From Lytechinus pictus (taxonomy: Eukaryota): 64,000 nucleotides of DNA. The stretch spans positions 41,852,001-41,916,000 of the forward strand of contig NC_087245.1 of assembly GCF_037042905.1 (NCBI RefSeq), given 5' to 3'. Below, one piece after another: positions 53,581 to 64,000 of this stretch. The notes under the pieces are model-generated. The model did no database searches and was not told where the DNA came from. It saw only the letters and a list, made by a program, of their open reading frames with translations. Numbering within the stretch: position 1 is the first letter of the stretch; every line of letters begins with the position of its first letter. Both the position numbers and the translations under genes were made by a program.

Positions 53581-54408
53581 TAAGCTGCGGGATTAGCAAA
53601 GGCACAGTAAAAATAATCGCCAGAAGAATGGAACAGGGGCGGATTCAGATTTTATAATAGCAGGGGCCAAGGAGAAGTTGAGAAGCCCCAAAAGCTGTCC
53701 CCATTTTATTTTGCTCTTTTCATTTGGGGGAGATGGATTTCGATTATAATGATGAAACTATGTTTCTATTCTCTTGAGAACAAATAAAAGAAAAAAATTG
53801 GTTATCGAGTTGAAGAGGAATTGAATAGGTAAGTCTTATGTGCTGTTTTGAATTTGTTTTGTGTATCAATAAATTGTTTGAAGGGAATTCAGAAGGTTGT
53901 TCCAAAAACCGCCATTAATGTTTTGTACTTTTGTTATTTTAAATGACAGAATATGTATAAGACTACGACAGTAGTCGGAAGTAGCAAAAGTGAACTTGGG
54001 ATAGAGAATAAATTGAAAGAAAAGAAAATGAAGGTCTGCATGGAGAGAAAGGGGAGGAAAGAGACAGAAAGGAAGAAAGAGAGGACGAGAAAATGGGGGG
54101 AGAGGGTCGGGAGTCTTTATCTCTATAACCATATTCACCTTGAAGATGAGAAGCATGGCAGATTTGGATGTGGCAATAGTAAGACCCCGTCTAATGAATT
54201 GAATATCCCTCTCTGCAGCACTTCAACGCCACAACCTTTCGTCATAATGTCGTCCTAGTCTTCTAACAGGATTACAAATACATTTCCTTGAAAGGGAAAA
54301 TGATGAGGGATCATTTTACTAAACATCCATTTCCACTACCACCATCTTTCTTACTTCTTAAAAGTAGAAGTGATCATGGTAGCCGTGGCAACAGTCGCAC
54401 TAGTATGA

Positions 54409-54552
<144 letters not shown>

Positions 54553-55180
54553 CGTCGTAAATATATTACTAGTATCATCCCGCCAAATTGTAGTTGGCAC
54601 TTTACTTTGCCTATTTCCCGCTCTCACATATCCGATTCCAGTCGTAAAACCCAAACTGTATAGGACATGAAGCTTGAATTCGCTTAGATTTTTTTATTAC
54701 TTCGCATTTATGATAAAATCGCGAGTCAGGAGGATGCTGACAAACTCTAAGATAAGAATGGTGATCACAGACGTCCTTTGGCAACGGCTGAAAAAAAGGC
54801 TGAAGGTACGTGCATGCGTGACTTCCACAAAGTACTCGCCCATGACTTCGCGGTCAAACCCATTTCGGAGATCGTGCTCAGTCATAATCTGATTAACCCG
54901 CCCCGTAATATGTGACAGCTACAAAATGCAAAGCGCCTTGTCAGACATAGAGGCACGCAGGCCATCATGGGTGGGATATGGGTTCAGTTATGCCTATTTT
55001 TATATTATTATTATTATATATTTCTGTCTGCTCAACCCTCCTAATTCCTTCGTCCCGATTCACCCTTAAACCAACGGTGCTAAACCCGAACACCAAAAAG
55101 CACCTTCATTTACTACTCATGCGAACGTTTGATTCCTCCCCCCCCCCCAGCTCCCCTATCTGATTGGGGCATTATTTCAT

Positions 55181-55380
55181 ATCTTTTGGCAAGGCGTTGT
55201 TTGCCACTCTTCACCCAGGTGTAGTAAATGGGTACCCGGTAGGAAGGAATTCCTTGAATGCTCGTGCGCCCGATCAGGGTAGCCGTGCTAAAAGCCGGAG
55301 TAATAGTATGCAGCGCTTAGAAACATTTGTATCAAGCGCTATATATATGTATATATATATATTATCATTATTATCATAAT
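55181..55380 (+). mobile_element. 5'-truncated SINE (CORE-like centre plus L2-like tail)
   Basis: tcttttggcaaggc...ccactcttcacccaggtgtagtaaatgggtacccggtaggaaggaattccttgaatgctcg...tagtatgcagcgcttagaaac...aagcgctatata. Confidence 0.8.
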
Positions 55381-55934
55381 TATCTCTCCTATCGATTACA
55401 ATCATTGCAAAACTTTCCCATACCTTTCCTCTTCAAACCCTCCTATTTCTCCTCCCCCTCGCTCTCTTTCTGTATCTCCCCATCTGTCTCCATGATCTCC
55501 TTTCACACAACCTCTCTTGCTCCCTTGTTTGACATCTTCCCCTGTAATTCAATTGGCCTTGAGCTCTGTTTCTCACCCCACCCCCTCTCTCTCTCTGTCT
55601 CTTTCTTTTCTCCTTGGCAAATCAATATTGCGAGAAACTGCAACGAGGCATTGGCTGCGGTCGTCGGAAAGTGTTAAAAAACTTTGTCATCCGCGAAACC
55701 CACAAATCACTATAGGGCATGAATACAGATGTGTACAAGTGAAAAAAAAATCTGAAATCTGAAAATATTTTTTGAGGGATAAAATCCATATTGTAATATA
55801 AGTAGTCCTCATTGTTGAAAAGGCCTTCCCTCTGAAGGTGGCTGAAGTCGTAACTGACTGAGTGCTTTCTAAAGACTACGAATCATCTTGCGAGTAAATC
55901 ATTACATTACAATCGCATGTAGACATTGAGAAAA

Positions 55935-56249
55935 CGGTAAATTGCCAAGTCGTCTATTGCCAACTCGTCCACTCATCACATGGTCTACCTTCATTCAGTC
56001 TAATGCCATTCCGTCCATAAGAAATTCGTCTAGCAACCATTTGGCCCAATAACCATTTGGTCAAATCATCACTTCGTCTAAATACCAGTTCGTCTATGAC
56101 CATTTCGTCATATCCTATTGGCAAGATGATGAATGGACGAAATAGAATGTAGACCATGTGGATAGTGGACGAACTGATGTTGGACCAAATGATGGTAGAC
56201 AACTTGGTAATTGGACGAATTGGCATATTAGACCAATGATCATAAACCG
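55935..56249. mobile_element. Foldback-like element built from ~15-bp minisatellite arms
   Basis: Left arm repeats cca.ttcgtcta/ccatttggtc, right arm repeats the reverse complement (tagacca/tggacgaa). Ends CGGT...ACCG. Confidence 0.7.
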
Positions 56250-57670
56250 ATAAAATGCAGCCATTGCAAATCATGCACCGAATGGCAAATTCAGCCTGCA
56301 ATACACAACGTTGATCACGTCGATTTTCATAAATTTGTATACGGTTCAATTTTACTGAACAATTTTTTCTGAACAGTTACAGAAACTGACTCCAAAATTG
56401 CATTTCCAATCCGCCCACAGCTATTCTTATTATGATCATTATTGGTTCAATAAAAATTTGGACTGTGCCTGAAATGATATCTACTTTAACCAGTTTGATA
56501 CTAAATTCTGTAGATTTAATAGGTTTTGTACAGGGATCACGTGAATCCAGTTTTCAACGGGTTAATAGCATAAACAGCGGGAAACAGCGCCCTCCAGATG
56601 TAAGTTTGAAGACTGAGATGATTGTCACGATCAATACGTTTACGATGTTGATTAATCGCTGCAAGCCTGCAACCATTCTGCCCCCCCCCCCCTTTACGTT
56701 TTCTACTTCTCTCCAACGCCAGCTCCATCTCAAACACCCATTTGGCAATGGGCCGTGATGGGTTCTTGGAAACAGCAGTCCTAATGACGGATATCTGAGA
56801 CACAAAACTGGGTCAAGTTCGGGTCATCACATCGGTTTCCCTCTATAGTCAAATAATCCGAATTGTGTTTCTTTGGCTGGAGCGGAACGTCATGAGGTAC
56901 TGTCGGTGGAGTTGATGCATGCATTCTAATGATGCAGAAATGCTTACAAAATAGGGGCGAGGCTTGATGAAGATGAGAAAGAGAATTACCACCACCGCTC
57001 CTCCTTTCAAGTAGATATAAAAAGAGAGGTAACGACCGCGACTATAAAACCGTGTATCAAGTGGAAAAAAAAAAGAAATAGGTCCCCTTGCCCTCCCTCC
57101 TATCGAAATATCCTGGAACAACCCGTGTGTGAAGATGATAAATTTATACATATGTATTTGGAAAATTTGCGGGTTTTATGTATTAATGGGTCTATAATTT
57201 CAGTGAATTCAGAAGCCTATCTTTTAATATTATTATTAAGTTTTTCACATGACTTTTTCGCAAATCGTTTGCATGCCTTGGGTAAGCTATGTTAAAACTT
57301 CTAAAATGGAAAGAACTTCCCTACATTATTCTGCTACCATAATGTGGATGGCCCTCCCTGGGAACTATGGGAAAAGTAGTAAAGAACCAAAAATGGCGTA
57401 CAGGGCAAAATTTGGACCCTTTTAATACAAAAATCAAATTTTGCGATAGATTCTGACATAATATTCATGTAATAACAACATACCCATTGTTTTCGTTGCG
57501 TTTCCTGTCTTTCTCTCCTTTTTTTGTTAGTCGTGAGTACATTTGGGGGTCCAAAATCCCCCCCCCCATCCGTGCACCACTGTGAAAACCAAAACAATTA
57601 CCGAGCACAACATACACTAGAATTTATTCAATCATTCATTTATTTTGGCAACTGCATCTATATATATATT

Positions 57671-58000
57671 GGTGGTGTCGTAGTGTAGTGATTCAGTCAC
57701 TTGTGACTCTTAAACCAAGGGTCAAAGGTTCGAATTCCACCCGGCGCTATCGTCCTTTGGCAAGGCACATCCACGTTTGTCACTGTCCACCAAGGTGTTA
57801 AATGGGTACCCGGTAGGACGTGAAAGTCAATGTGATTAGATTGGCATTTGTGCATCGATGAACGGTTTATCTGACCAGCTATTCCCCAGGGAGTGGAGAT
57901 TGCGCACTTTATGTGTGGAACAGTGATGAGTCCTATAACTAAGGTAATAATAATTCAAATGTAAAGCGCTTAGAAACCAAAGCATGACGCGATATATAAA
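57671..58000 (+). mobile_element. tRNA-derived CORE-like SINE, third subfamily
   Basis: GGTGTCGTAGTGTAGTG (A box), GGTTCGAATTCC (B box), gtcctttggcaaggcac...ccaccaaggtgttaaatgggtacccggtagga, body ccccagggagtggag, tail tgtaaagcgcttagaa. Confidence 0.8.
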
Positions 58001-59134
58001 TTAAACTATTAATATTATCATTACTATAAAACGGCGATAAAGTTGCATGGTACAGCTATCTACTCTAGATATGAAAATATTCCATTTCCGGAAACATACT
58101 TCCAAAGGCCCCCAATCGATTAGATATATTTGTTTATATATATATATAAACAAAGCACGCAATATGAGGCAACACACTGAATTCATCATAGTGGCGTTAT
58201 AAGTTTGTTTTGATGGCACTATCAACGTGCTGTCTACTTGCACTGACATAGCAAAGGCTATACTATACGCAGCTCAATAAGTGAGAGTGCGCTTCCCTGG
58301 GGAAAATGAATTCAGGCCGATAACTCTCGAAAGTTTATGAGAACATTTTACGATGTATAAGCGTCACGGGGCGAACTAATACGACTCGTAAATGTCAGTT
58401 TATGTCCTTTTTATTAGGTCATCAAAGTCGTTATCGAAATGCCGTAGGTCACGGGGTTTCATCGGCACAAAAACGCGCGTTACCGTTGCTCATATCTGCG
58501 GATTCATGGATTGTCCTTGGTAGAAGCATTTGTTTTCGGGGTTATCTCAAAGGTCTTTTTTCCTCAAAGCTGCATGTTAAGCATGCATTCTCGACTGAAT
58601 TGAGTAATGGAGCAGTAGATGTCATATCGAAAAGAATGGATATATTGTAACGACGGCTCAGTTTGTCCTACGAGTCTCGCTATAAGAGTTTAATGTCGAG
58701 GATGGCCAGAGCTTAATTAATACCGTGGAAGCGAAATAAAGGTCACTACGCATGAAATTAAAGTTCAGTAGTTTATTACTGTTCAAAACGTGGTATAGGT
58801 GCAATTGAATATGCGAGGATGATAAATCGATAACTCCAGCGATAAATGAAAATAACTGAGATAACTACTGGAACAATTATAAGAACTTAACTTGTAATAA
58901 TTCTGAACTAAACTTAGACTCAGACTAAACTTGATGAAGACTAAACTGGAATACATGTAAGACTATGCTCGGAAAAGACTCTCGAAAAACTAAACTTGAC
59001 TGAGATGCTGCTCTCTTATATACATTTTCTGGACATAGCATGAAGGTCATCCCCAGCACACAGCGAAAACCCAGATTCAGGAGAGAGAGAGAGAGGATAA
59101 ATCAATCCAACAAGGATAGGATAAAGTCAAGCAA

Positions 59135-59761
59135 TATGCTTTTCACACTGCATTTCCTTAACCCCATACTACCCTTAACCCCGGACTAGCCTTAACCCCA
59201 TACTATCTTTTTTCGATTCACACTGTCTTTCTTAACTCCATACTATCTGCTGAGCCGGGGTTAATGCCTTAACCCTGGGGAGTGTTTCATCAACATTTTC
59301 ATCCGACAAGTTGTCAGATCTGACATCTTTCTCTGATGTTGATTGGCTGAGAGGTACTGTTACTATGGTAACTGTCGGATAAAATGGGACTTGTCGGATA
59401 AAACGACCGACAAGTCCTTTCATGAAACGCCCTCCGGGACTATTCCTCTGCTCATGAATATTGATGATTTTACCATACAGAGCGTGATTAATGTGCAATT
59501 CAACTTCTGTGATTGGCTAATGCCTAGCCCCACTTTCCTTAGCCCTGTTTCGTTTTCACACTGCATCTCTTAGCACTGCAATTGTGGTGCTAGCACCACA
59601 ATAAGCCGGCTAACCCTGCTTTTTTGCAGGGCCAGATAGTAACGTACTATTTACCGTGCTAGCCCACTTTGCTAAAACGTAGTGTGAAAGCGAAGTGGGC
59701 TAAGCTTAACCCCAGGAAATTGGTGGGGCTAAGGAAAAAAAAGTGCAGTGTGAAAAGCATA
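59135..59761. mobile_element. Harbinger-like non-autonomous element
   Basis: Perfect 18-bp TIR TATGCTTTTCACACTGCA / TGCAGTGTGAAAAGCATA, flanks CAA/TAA. Internal CTTAACCCC and TTCACACTG repeats. Confidence 0.85.
59278..59434 (+). mobile_element. MITE family A copy nested in the 59135-59761 element
   Basis: GGGAGTGTTTCATCAAC...TTCATGAAACGCCCTC, flanked by CTG/CGG. Confidence 0.85.
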
Positions 59762-60081
59762 TAACGACCAATACACTGACCACAAGGTTAAACTAGGAGT
59801 TCGGACATATATACATAAACATGATAAGATAATATCGGAACATCAACCAAAATGCGTGACAATATGATTATGGCGTTGTTGTAAATGCATGCATGATGAT
59901 GTATAACATGCCGACAGTCAAAGGCGCAAGACCCCTTTTATGACTTGTTAAGTCAAAGTAAGTCTTCACCAATCTCATTGGTAGTTTTTATCATTCCATT
60001 TAACCTGCTATTCATTGCAATCGTTTCAGGCAAAATGGGAAAAGCGGATACTACTACTACTTATAATAATGATAATAATAA

Positions 60082-60233
60082 TCACATCGCTTGGATTGCA
60101 TTGCTCTTGCTTTTCATTTTCATCAGTTTCTGGTGTATTAAACTAAGCAACAAAGTGACTACACCCAGAATATCAATAAGTCCAAGAAAAAGGAAAGCTG
60201 TTTCCAGAGAGCCGGTTACATCCCAGATTTTGC
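60082..60233 (-). pseudogene. Terminal coding exon of the same SLC16-like gene
   Basis: Acceptor ctctcattcag|GC (phase 1, matching the upstream donor). Reads (G)KIWDVTGSLETAFLFLGLIDILGVVTLLLSLIHQKLMKMKSKSNAIQAM*, resembling the MCT GxxxDxTGSY loop plus the last TM helix. Stop TGA at 60082-60084. Confidence 0.85.
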
Positions 60234-60631
60234 CTGAATGAGAGATAGGACAAGGAAAAGAAAATCAATCACCAAATGAACACACAAAAAAAGAACAAGA
60301 ATTTGCATTTGAACAGGGGAGGGCGTAATTATGTATATTCGGCTGATGTAATATCAACCATTTCTGTTTTATTCCGTATAGATCTATTATATTAAGATAA
60401 GCTTTATAGTATAGGCTCTGACTAGGGTAGCATTGTTGTAACATCACAAGAATAACTGTTGAGAGAGTGACTGCTGATCTGAATTTCAAACAAAACCCAC
60501 AGGATTGCTTATTATAATAAAATAACAACAAAATTACTCAAACGAATTTATTGCAAGCGTCGATCTATTCTGGATTGTCCTGGCATTCTACTAGCCCTTC
60601 CCCTTAAATGCCTTAAGGAATAGTCTCTTAC

Positions 60632-61493
60632 CTGTCAACCCCCCGGCTAGTTCTCCCATACCCGAACATATTAACGCGAAAGCCAAGGCAGTTGATGAAG
60701 AAGATTCTGAAACAATGTCCACTGTTGCTGCACTCTTATAGACAGTTTTAGCCCCTAATGCCAAACCGCTGAAGCCGGTAAAAACGATAAGCACGGAAAA
60801 ACTTGTCGTTACCGAGTTCAAACAAAAAGACACCGCCCCGACTCCACCAAACGCTAGGAAAGAGATTCTAGAAGTAAATAAGTCTTTGTCGCAAATGTTA
60901 AGGGCAGATGGAAAAAGGCGGCCAATCGTGTTTCCAATTCCGCCAGCGATGGAGAGAAAGACGGCAGTTTCTGCATTTGCTATAACGAATATTGTCCAAC
61001 CCGTGTGCGTTATATATACCATGGGGGAAACGCTGCTATCATCATATAGATCATTAGTGGAAATTCTCTGACCACACTGAAGTTTGACAAAATATGTTCC
61101 CACACATTGCTGCAGCATCGGTTGGGTAGTGAAACTCTTCCAAGTTTGCCTTTGCCATGGCTACATTTATCATTCTGGTCATCAAGAGGATCATTCGCCA
61201 CCGTTGAAACCAATTGATCCTTTTCTGTCGGTCCGTCTTTGACTGATTCCTTCGGGGCGTGTGCTTGGAACAACGCCCCAGACACGACAGTGTGGAGATT
61301 GAATCCCCCAAGAATAAGGAGAGCCCCACGCCAACCATATAGATAGAAAACAGTTTCTGGACACAGAATGGCAGTATCATCATTCCAACACCACCACCCG
61401 TTGCATTTACGCAGAATGGAAGCAAGTAATTGTCTCCAAACACACAGATAACTAAGGCTTCAGAGGGGAGTACAGTCATTGCGTACCCCATTC
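60632..61493 (-). pseudogene. Large internal exon of an SLC16/monocarboxylate transporter (MFS)-like gene, disrupted by two frameshifts
   Basis: Acceptor tttacag|GA ATG at 61493 and donor ACAG|gtaag at 60632, both phase 1. Joining three frames gives GMGYAMTVLP...GGGVGMMILPFCVQKLFSIY/GWRGALLILGGFNLHTVVSGALFQ...WYI/THTGWTIFVIANAETAVFLSIAGGIGNTIGRL...FSGLALG...GMGELAGGLT. The YGWRG and GxxxGR motifs and TM spacing fit SLC16. Frameshifts lie at ~61337-61340 and ~61011-61018. Confidence 0.85.
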
Positions 61494-62278
61494 CTGTAAA
61501 AAAAAATAAAGATAATACTTTCTAGAGATAAGGACAAGTGGGAATTATTCAGTTTGTTCAATATGACATATAACTATATGTTTAATGTTTTGGTAAAGGT
61601 TCTGAATTTTACCAAAAACATACAAAATATTTAAGATAAGTAATTTCAGAAAGTGTCAGTAACGCGAGTTGTAAATTAGCTTTGACTCACTGTTGGATTA
61701 AAGAAGTAGCTTATACATAACAATAGAATACAAGGATAAGACAACTTCGCATTGAAAAATGTTGTTAAACTTTGATATGAAGAGGATGGTACAAAGGTCA
61801 GAGTAAGTAAACTCCATCTAGTAATAGCCGTATACAAAAAATCAAGTGCTTTAACCGTTAAGTGTAACTTTATAATTATTGTTATACGGTCTGGAGAGCT
61901 ACATCATCTTTCAGAAATATTTTTTGGGTCAGGTTAACACTTTTAACATACTATGATTTTATTATCGTGCGCCAATCAACTCGTTTCTTGGCTTTACATG
62001 GTCATTGAACTTATTAATTTACAGTCAATATTTCCTAAACAGTGAGTTGTTGGTTACAGTGCCAGAAAACTATTATATGTATTTGGTATATATACTTATC
62101 ATTCAGATATTGGTTTTTTATTAGCACAACTAGTTTTCAAAAAAGATACTACCTGTTTGCCAGCCCAAAGAAATCCCCACACAGAATATATAGATCTTTT
62201 ACTTGATATTCATTTTATTTATGGATTTATTTTCTAGTTTATTTATTTAGTTATCTTTTTTACTTTATTAATTTTTAT

Positions 62279-62936
62279 CGGGCCGTTACACGCGCCAATA
62301 TCTCGCGCCATTTCACATGCCGTTTTACGTGCCGTGTCATGCGCCGTTCGCACCTCATCACGCTGATTAACGCTCTATTACCGTGTTTACACTTAATCGG
62401 CATTTGAATCGGCTCGCGGTTCTGAACCGCGAGCCGATTCAGCATCGGCTTTTTCATAGCGTGTAAACGCGAGCAACTTGAATCGGCTCGCGGTTCAGAA
62501 CCGGCAATTTGCACCACCAAAGTAGTAGGTTCTGAACCGCGAGCCGATGCAGAATCGGCTTTTTTACTACGTGTAAACAGAAAGTCGATTCTGCACCGGC
62601 AATTTGTGCGCATTTCAATTACTTTACCATTGTGACGTAATTGTAAGCGCACTGATCCAGCGTTGTCTTTATTATGACGTATATTGTAGGTATGCGTATC
62701 ATTTCAGGTTTTTGCATCGGCTCGCGGTTCTGAACCGCGAGCTGTAACAACGTGTAAACGCATTCCAAATGCCGATTCTGCATCGGCATTTGGTTCAGAA
62801 CCAATTGCCTATTAAGTGTAAACACGGTATATATAACGCGCTGTATCATGCGCTATATCATGAGCAGTATCACGCGCCGATTAACGCGTCTTATACTAGT
62901 AACGCGCCGGGCAACGCGCTTTCTTGCACTAACCCG
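62279..62936. repeat. GC-rich ~12-bp minisatellite element (TATCACGCGC-like units) split by an insertion
   Basis: Similar degenerate units on both sides of 62379-62829. Ends CGGG...CCCG. Confidence 0.55.
62379..62829. mobile_element. Harbinger-like element with internal palindromes
   Basis: Perfect 19-bp TIR TACCGTGTTTACACTTAAT / ATTAAGTGTAAACACGGTA, TSD TAT. Recurrent ATCGGCTCGCGGTTC(T/A)GAACCGCGAGCCGAT and GTGTAAAC. Confidence 0.9.
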
Positions 62937-63756
62937 TAAAAGAATATGACAGGCCATACGGAGACGTTGACCTAGGGATTTCCTATAATCATTATTATAA
63001 TTAAGATATATTAGGCTTTGAGAAAGGAGAGTGGGAATTATTTATCCGAAGTTGGACTGGCAATTACTATTTTTTCCCGAGGGGCAGTCCAACCGAGGGT
63101 TAATACTTCTCACTATGCTTTCGAAGGAAACGCCTGATATATTTGTCTTATATCCCTCTTTAACCTGGTCCTTGCTGACGTGCAACCAATCGAGATCGAT
63201 TCTAAAGTCGCTGGATCTAGTCCTAACTTAGGCCTGTCGAGCTAATGCGAGCCATGCAGTCCCTGCCCTGGGTAGGCTGCGCGCGGCTTCTACCCGACTG
63301 CAGTTAATGAGAGTTACGCTGCCTGCGACTGACTTTTCATATTGTCGGTAAATAATTTGAGCGAGAGCTTGTATTTCATTGCATTTATTTTTATTTTTTG
63401 CGGTCAGGGAACATGCGCAGTTTTACGTTGAGAGAACATATCGAGCATAAGCATGCGCAGTTCTCCCATGAAAGTATATCGAAAAATATACGGAGCTGGA
63501 AGAAAACTCTACAACGACGTTTTTCCTATTAAAATTATACTTTGTCACATGATCACGAATTGACCAATCGTTTATCTAGAATACTCATGAATATTCATAA
63601 GAGGGATACAAATTCTAATATGCATTCATAATCGCACCAGCAAACCGAATTCAAGATAAATTTTAAAAAAGAAAGAAAGATTTGTCTTCAATGACATGAA
63701 CATACCGTCTGGTATGTTTGGAATGTGGTTTGCTGGTGTTAAGTAGCAGTGACCTG

Positions 63757-63894
63757 GGGAACGTTTCATCAACATTCTAGTCGGACTAGAAGTCAGATCT
63801 GACATCTTTCCATGATTCTGATTGGCTAAGAGGCATTGTTACTATGGTAACTGTCGGATAAAACGTCCGACAAATCCTTCCATTAAACGCTACC
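63757..63894 (+). mobile_element. MITE family A copy
   Basis: GGGAACGTTTCATCAAC...TAAACGCTACC with a 3-bp CTG duplication on both sides. Confidence 0.8.
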
Positions 63895-64000
63895 CTGTTT
63901 GTTTAATGTTTAATTCTGGAATCACGGTGTCACCCGAACGCTCAATTCGAGAAACGAATCCTCACCCGAAATGAAAAGGAAAACTGTTAGGAATACATTG

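Larger units (their letters stand above)
58646..59807 (-). mobile_element. Probable solo LTR (~530 bp) split by nested insertions
   Basis: TGT...ACA termini (TGTAACGA / TCGGACA) with TATAT on both flanks. On the minus strand TATATAAG (~59016-59023) precedes AATAAA (~58772-58777). Confidence 0.55.

Noticed and set aside
60591..61118. 175-aa ORF as a standalone gene
   Set aside because: It is one frame of the frameshifted SLC16-like exon. Its N-terminus is out of frame and its C-terminus runs past the splice donor at 60632.

Overview
AT-rich, non-coding animal genomic DNA. The repeat repertoire looks like a marine invertebrate, possibly a sea urchin (inference, not confirmed). Positions 1-60000 contain no recognisable host coding exon and are dense with non-autonomous elements: hAT-like MITEs (8-bp TSDs), PIF/Harbinger-like MITEs (3-bp TSDs), CACT...AGTG MITEs (2-bp TSDs), Kolobok-like TTAA elements, tRNA-derived SINEs, a LINE 3' remnant, a probable solo LTR and microsatellites, with several nested insertions. 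The only host gene is the 3' part of a minus-strand SLC16/monocarboxylate-transporter-like gene (exons 61493-60632 and 60233-60082). It has two frameshifts, so it is either a pseudogene or carries assembly errors. The most unusual feature is a ~405-bp repeat unit, present as a tandem dimer at 30312-31133 and a circularly permuted monomer at 20441-20844. It carries a complete 72-nt tRNA cloverleaf with a UCA (opal-reading) anticodon, followed in the dimer copies by a T6 terminator. The dimer has a short 5' inversion and a 3' microsatellite, which resembles Penelope-type or retrozyme-type mobilisation. Coordinates were counted by eye and may be off by a few bases. Most ORFs in the supplied track are spurious.
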